A stretch of 18,571 bases of DNA from assembly GCA_041946805.1 (NCBI GenBank), contig JBHGBC010000120.1:1-18571 (forward strand), read 5' to 3'. A program made the position numbers and the translations under genes. The notes beneath the pieces are model-generated. The model worked only from the letters and a program-made list of their open reading frames with translations. It did no database searches and was not told the origin of the DNA. Below, piece by piece: positions 16,612 to 18,571 of this stretch; the stretch's first letter is position 1, and every line of letters starts with the position of its first letter. The stretch is from a bacterium (GTDB taxonomy: Bacteria > Hinthialibacterota > Hinthialibacteria > Hinthialibacterales > Hinthialibacteraceae).

Positions 16612-18081
16612 TCACACCAGCGGCAGAATCTTGGTCAACACGTACACCCATACCATGCCCACGAAGGCCATGAGGGTTAACATGGCGGTCCAGGTCTTGA
16701 GGGTCTCCGCCTCGGACAGGCCGGTCAACTGGCCGAAGATCCAGAACCCGCTGTCGTTCATCCAGGAGTAGCCGGACGCGCCGAAGCCGATGGCCATGAT
16801 GAGATAGACCGGGTGGTAGGGCAGCGCGATCTGCGGCAACGTGGGGCCGATGATGCCCGCCGTGGTGATCATGGCCACAGTGGCCGAACCCTGGGCGATG
16901 CGGATCAGCGACGAGGTCAGAAACGCGAACAGCAGCATGGACAGCCCCCACTCCCGCGCGGCATGGCCGATGACGTCCCCCACGCCGGACGCGGCCAGCA
17001 CCTTGCCGAACGATCCCCCCGCGCAGGTGATGAAGGCGATCATCGCGCCGCTGGCGATGGCCGGCTCGAGCAATTCCATGGTTTTTGGGTAATTCAGTTT
17101 CTTCTGGCGGATGAGCAGCCGGATGGCGATCACGGCTCCCAAAAAGAAGGACAGATTCTTGTCGCCGAACAATTTGAGGGCCTTCATGATCAGGACTTTT
17201 TGGGAATCCACCGGCGCGGGCGCGGCCTCCGCGGCGGCGGAATCAGCGACGGCGGGTGTCCGCATGGCGGGCTGGGCCGCGGCTTGCCAATCCTTGGGGA
17301 TGTACGGCAGGGCGATGGAAGTCCCCGCCAGCAGAATCACGGGCAGCATGAAGGGCACGAGGGACGCTGTCAGACCGGGGAGTTCGTGGTCGGGCTTCAG
17401 GGCGGTGGCTTCAAGTTCCTTCTGGGAAACGCCCAGCGCGTCCTTGGGCGTCACCACCAGGCGGCGGTCGATCCAATTGGCGTAAAACACCCCGCCCACG
17501 ATCGCGGGGACGGCCGCCACGAGGATGCCCACCAGCACGCTCATTCCGATCGTGACCGGGACGTATTGGGCCAGTTGTTCGGTGACGATCAACGGGCCGG
17601 GCGTGGGCGGAACCAGGGCGTGGGTCAACGCGCCGCCGGCCGCCGTGGCGCAGATGATCAGCACGTATTGCGTTTTCCGCCGCGCGAAGACGGCGCGCGC
17701 CAGGGGGGCCAGCAGGTAGAAGACCGTGTCGAAAAACACCGGGATGGAGAGCACAAAACCGCTGGCCAGCAGCGAGTAATGTTCCCGCCCCGCGCCGAAC
17801 AGCCGCGTGAAGGCCCGCACGATGCGGTCGGCGGCCCCGCTGTCCATCAGGCATTTGCCGATGATGGCCGCCATGACCAGCAGGATGCCGATGTTGGCCA
17901 TCATGTTCCCGAACTCGGCGGCCACCAGGGGCAGAGAATTCTCAATGGGAATGCGGTCGGAAAGCACGGCGGTGATGATGGCGGCGCTGATCAGGGCCAG
18001 AAACGCGTGGAAACGGAAATACAACATCAAAACCAGGATCGACGCGATCCCGATCACGAGGCAGGGCAGCGGTCCCAGCAT
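16612..18081 (-). CDS. GntP-family gluconate/sugar-acid:H+ symporter
   Basis: Motifs FHAFLALI, GKCLMDSGAADRI, LSIPVFFD, THALVPPTPGP, ITCAGGSFGKVL, RIAQGSATVAMIT, SWMNDSGFWI and ETLKTWT; many TM helices. Confidence 0.95.
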   Translation of the reverse strand: MLGPLPCLVIGIASILVLMLYFRFHAFLALISAAIITAVLSDRIPIENSLPLVAAEFGNMMANIGILLVMAAIIGKCLMDSGAADRIVRAFTRLFGAGREHYSLLASGFVLSIPVFFDTVFYLLAPLARAVFARRKTQYVLIICATAAGGALTHALVPPTPGPLIVTEQLAQYVPVTIGMSVLVGILVAAVPAIVGGVFYANWIDRRLVVTPKDALGVSQKELEATALKPDHELPGLTASLVPFMLPVILLAGTSIALPYIPKDWQAAAQPAMRTPAVADSAAAEAAPAPVDSQKVLIMKALKLFGDKNLSFFLGAVIAIRLLIRQKKLNYPKTMELLEPAIASGAMIAFITCAGGSFGKVLAASGVGDVIGHAAREWGLSMLLFAFLTSSLIRIAQGSATVAMITTAGIIGPTLPQIALPYHPVYLIMAIGFGASGYSWMNDSGFWIFGQLTGLSEAETLKTWTAMLTLMAFVGMVWVYVLTKILPLV

Positions 18082-18300
18082 GGTTCTCCCCTCGCTTCTA
18101 TCAGAGTAAGATATTTCAGCTTTGATTTGAACGAGAATAAACGAGAAGAGTGTACCATACGGGGGAGTGGAAGCCTACGGACATGGAAAAGATGGAACCG
18201 GAGGATGAATTGGAGTGTAATGCGATAACCACCAGGGGTGATTGCAGGGATGGACCTCCGTGGCCGGCCGCCATCGAAGAGCAGGCATCTTGCCCGAAAC

Positions 18301-18480
18301 AATCCCGGATGGATTGAATGTGGATAGCCGGGGGTTGCCACCCCCGGTACCGTTCAGAAAGATATCGACCCGGTAAGGGCCGAATGGTGATGCGTTCAAC
18401 CCCGGCGGGGTTGATGTTTTTTTATCACAACACCGTGGGCTATCGCCTACGGCTATTCACAATTATCCCCCGCGGGGATT
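18301..18480. mobile_element. ~180-bp MITE/REPIN-like element with imperfect terminal inverted repeats and nested hairpins
   Basis: Left end AATCCCGGATGGATTGAATGTGGATAGCCG versus reverse complement of right end AATCCCCGCGGGGGATAATTGTGAATAGCCG. Internal hairpins CCGGGGGT/ACCCCCGG, TCAACCCCG/CGGGGTTGA and CCGTGGGC/GCCTACGG. Confidence 0.7.
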
Positions 18481-18493
18481 TAATTTCATAATC

Positions 18494-18527
18494 GCAGGTT
18501 GGCTTATCACGCAGTGCGTAACCCATC
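18494..18527 (+). repeat. Degenerate REP-like hairpin (...CGTAACCCATC family)
   Basis: GCAGGTTGGCTTATCACGCAGTGCGTAACCCATC, similar to 8313-8347. Confidence 0.55.
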
Positions 18528-18529
18528 GC

Positions 18530-18571
18530 CATCCTGTTCATCTTGTCCATCCTGGCCATCCTGATTCAGAC
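18530..18571 (+). repeat. 9-bp tandem repeat (CATCCTGnn x4) ending in TCAGAC
   Basis: CATCCTGTT CATCTTGTC CATCCTGGC CATCCTGAT TCAGAC. Confidence 0.75.

Noticed and set aside
380..16614. Genome-wide TGA reassignment (genetic code 4 or 25)
   Set aside because: Most genes here end at TGA at natural C-termini (pilin, Omp28-like, LarA, CotH, ADH, GntP).

Overview
GC-rich bacterial window with ten supportable coding regions. In order: the 3' end of a ChbG/YdjC-like deacetylase; a type IV/T2SS prepilin translationally coupled to an Omp28-like CxxC protein; a giant five-module Cys-rich beta-helix exoprotein split into two in-frame ORFs by one TGA; a secreted HExxH protein; a nitroreductase; a LarA-family racemase/epimerase; a secreted LTD-CotH kinase; a Zn-dependent dehydrogenase; and a GntP permease. 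Intergenic regions are packed with REP/BoxC/MITE-like palindromes. Two observations stand out. First, all four unrelated signal-peptide proteins end in the same short C-terminal motif (V-x-x-W-x-[LIM]-[YHI]), a candidate sorting/secretion signal. Second, the ~2044-codon beta-helix gene is interrupted by a single in-frame TGA in a C-G-P-A-G-(TGA) context followed by a GC hairpin, which could be Sec/readthrough, a nonsense mutation or a sequencing error. All family calls come from motif recognition by eye, not from database searches.
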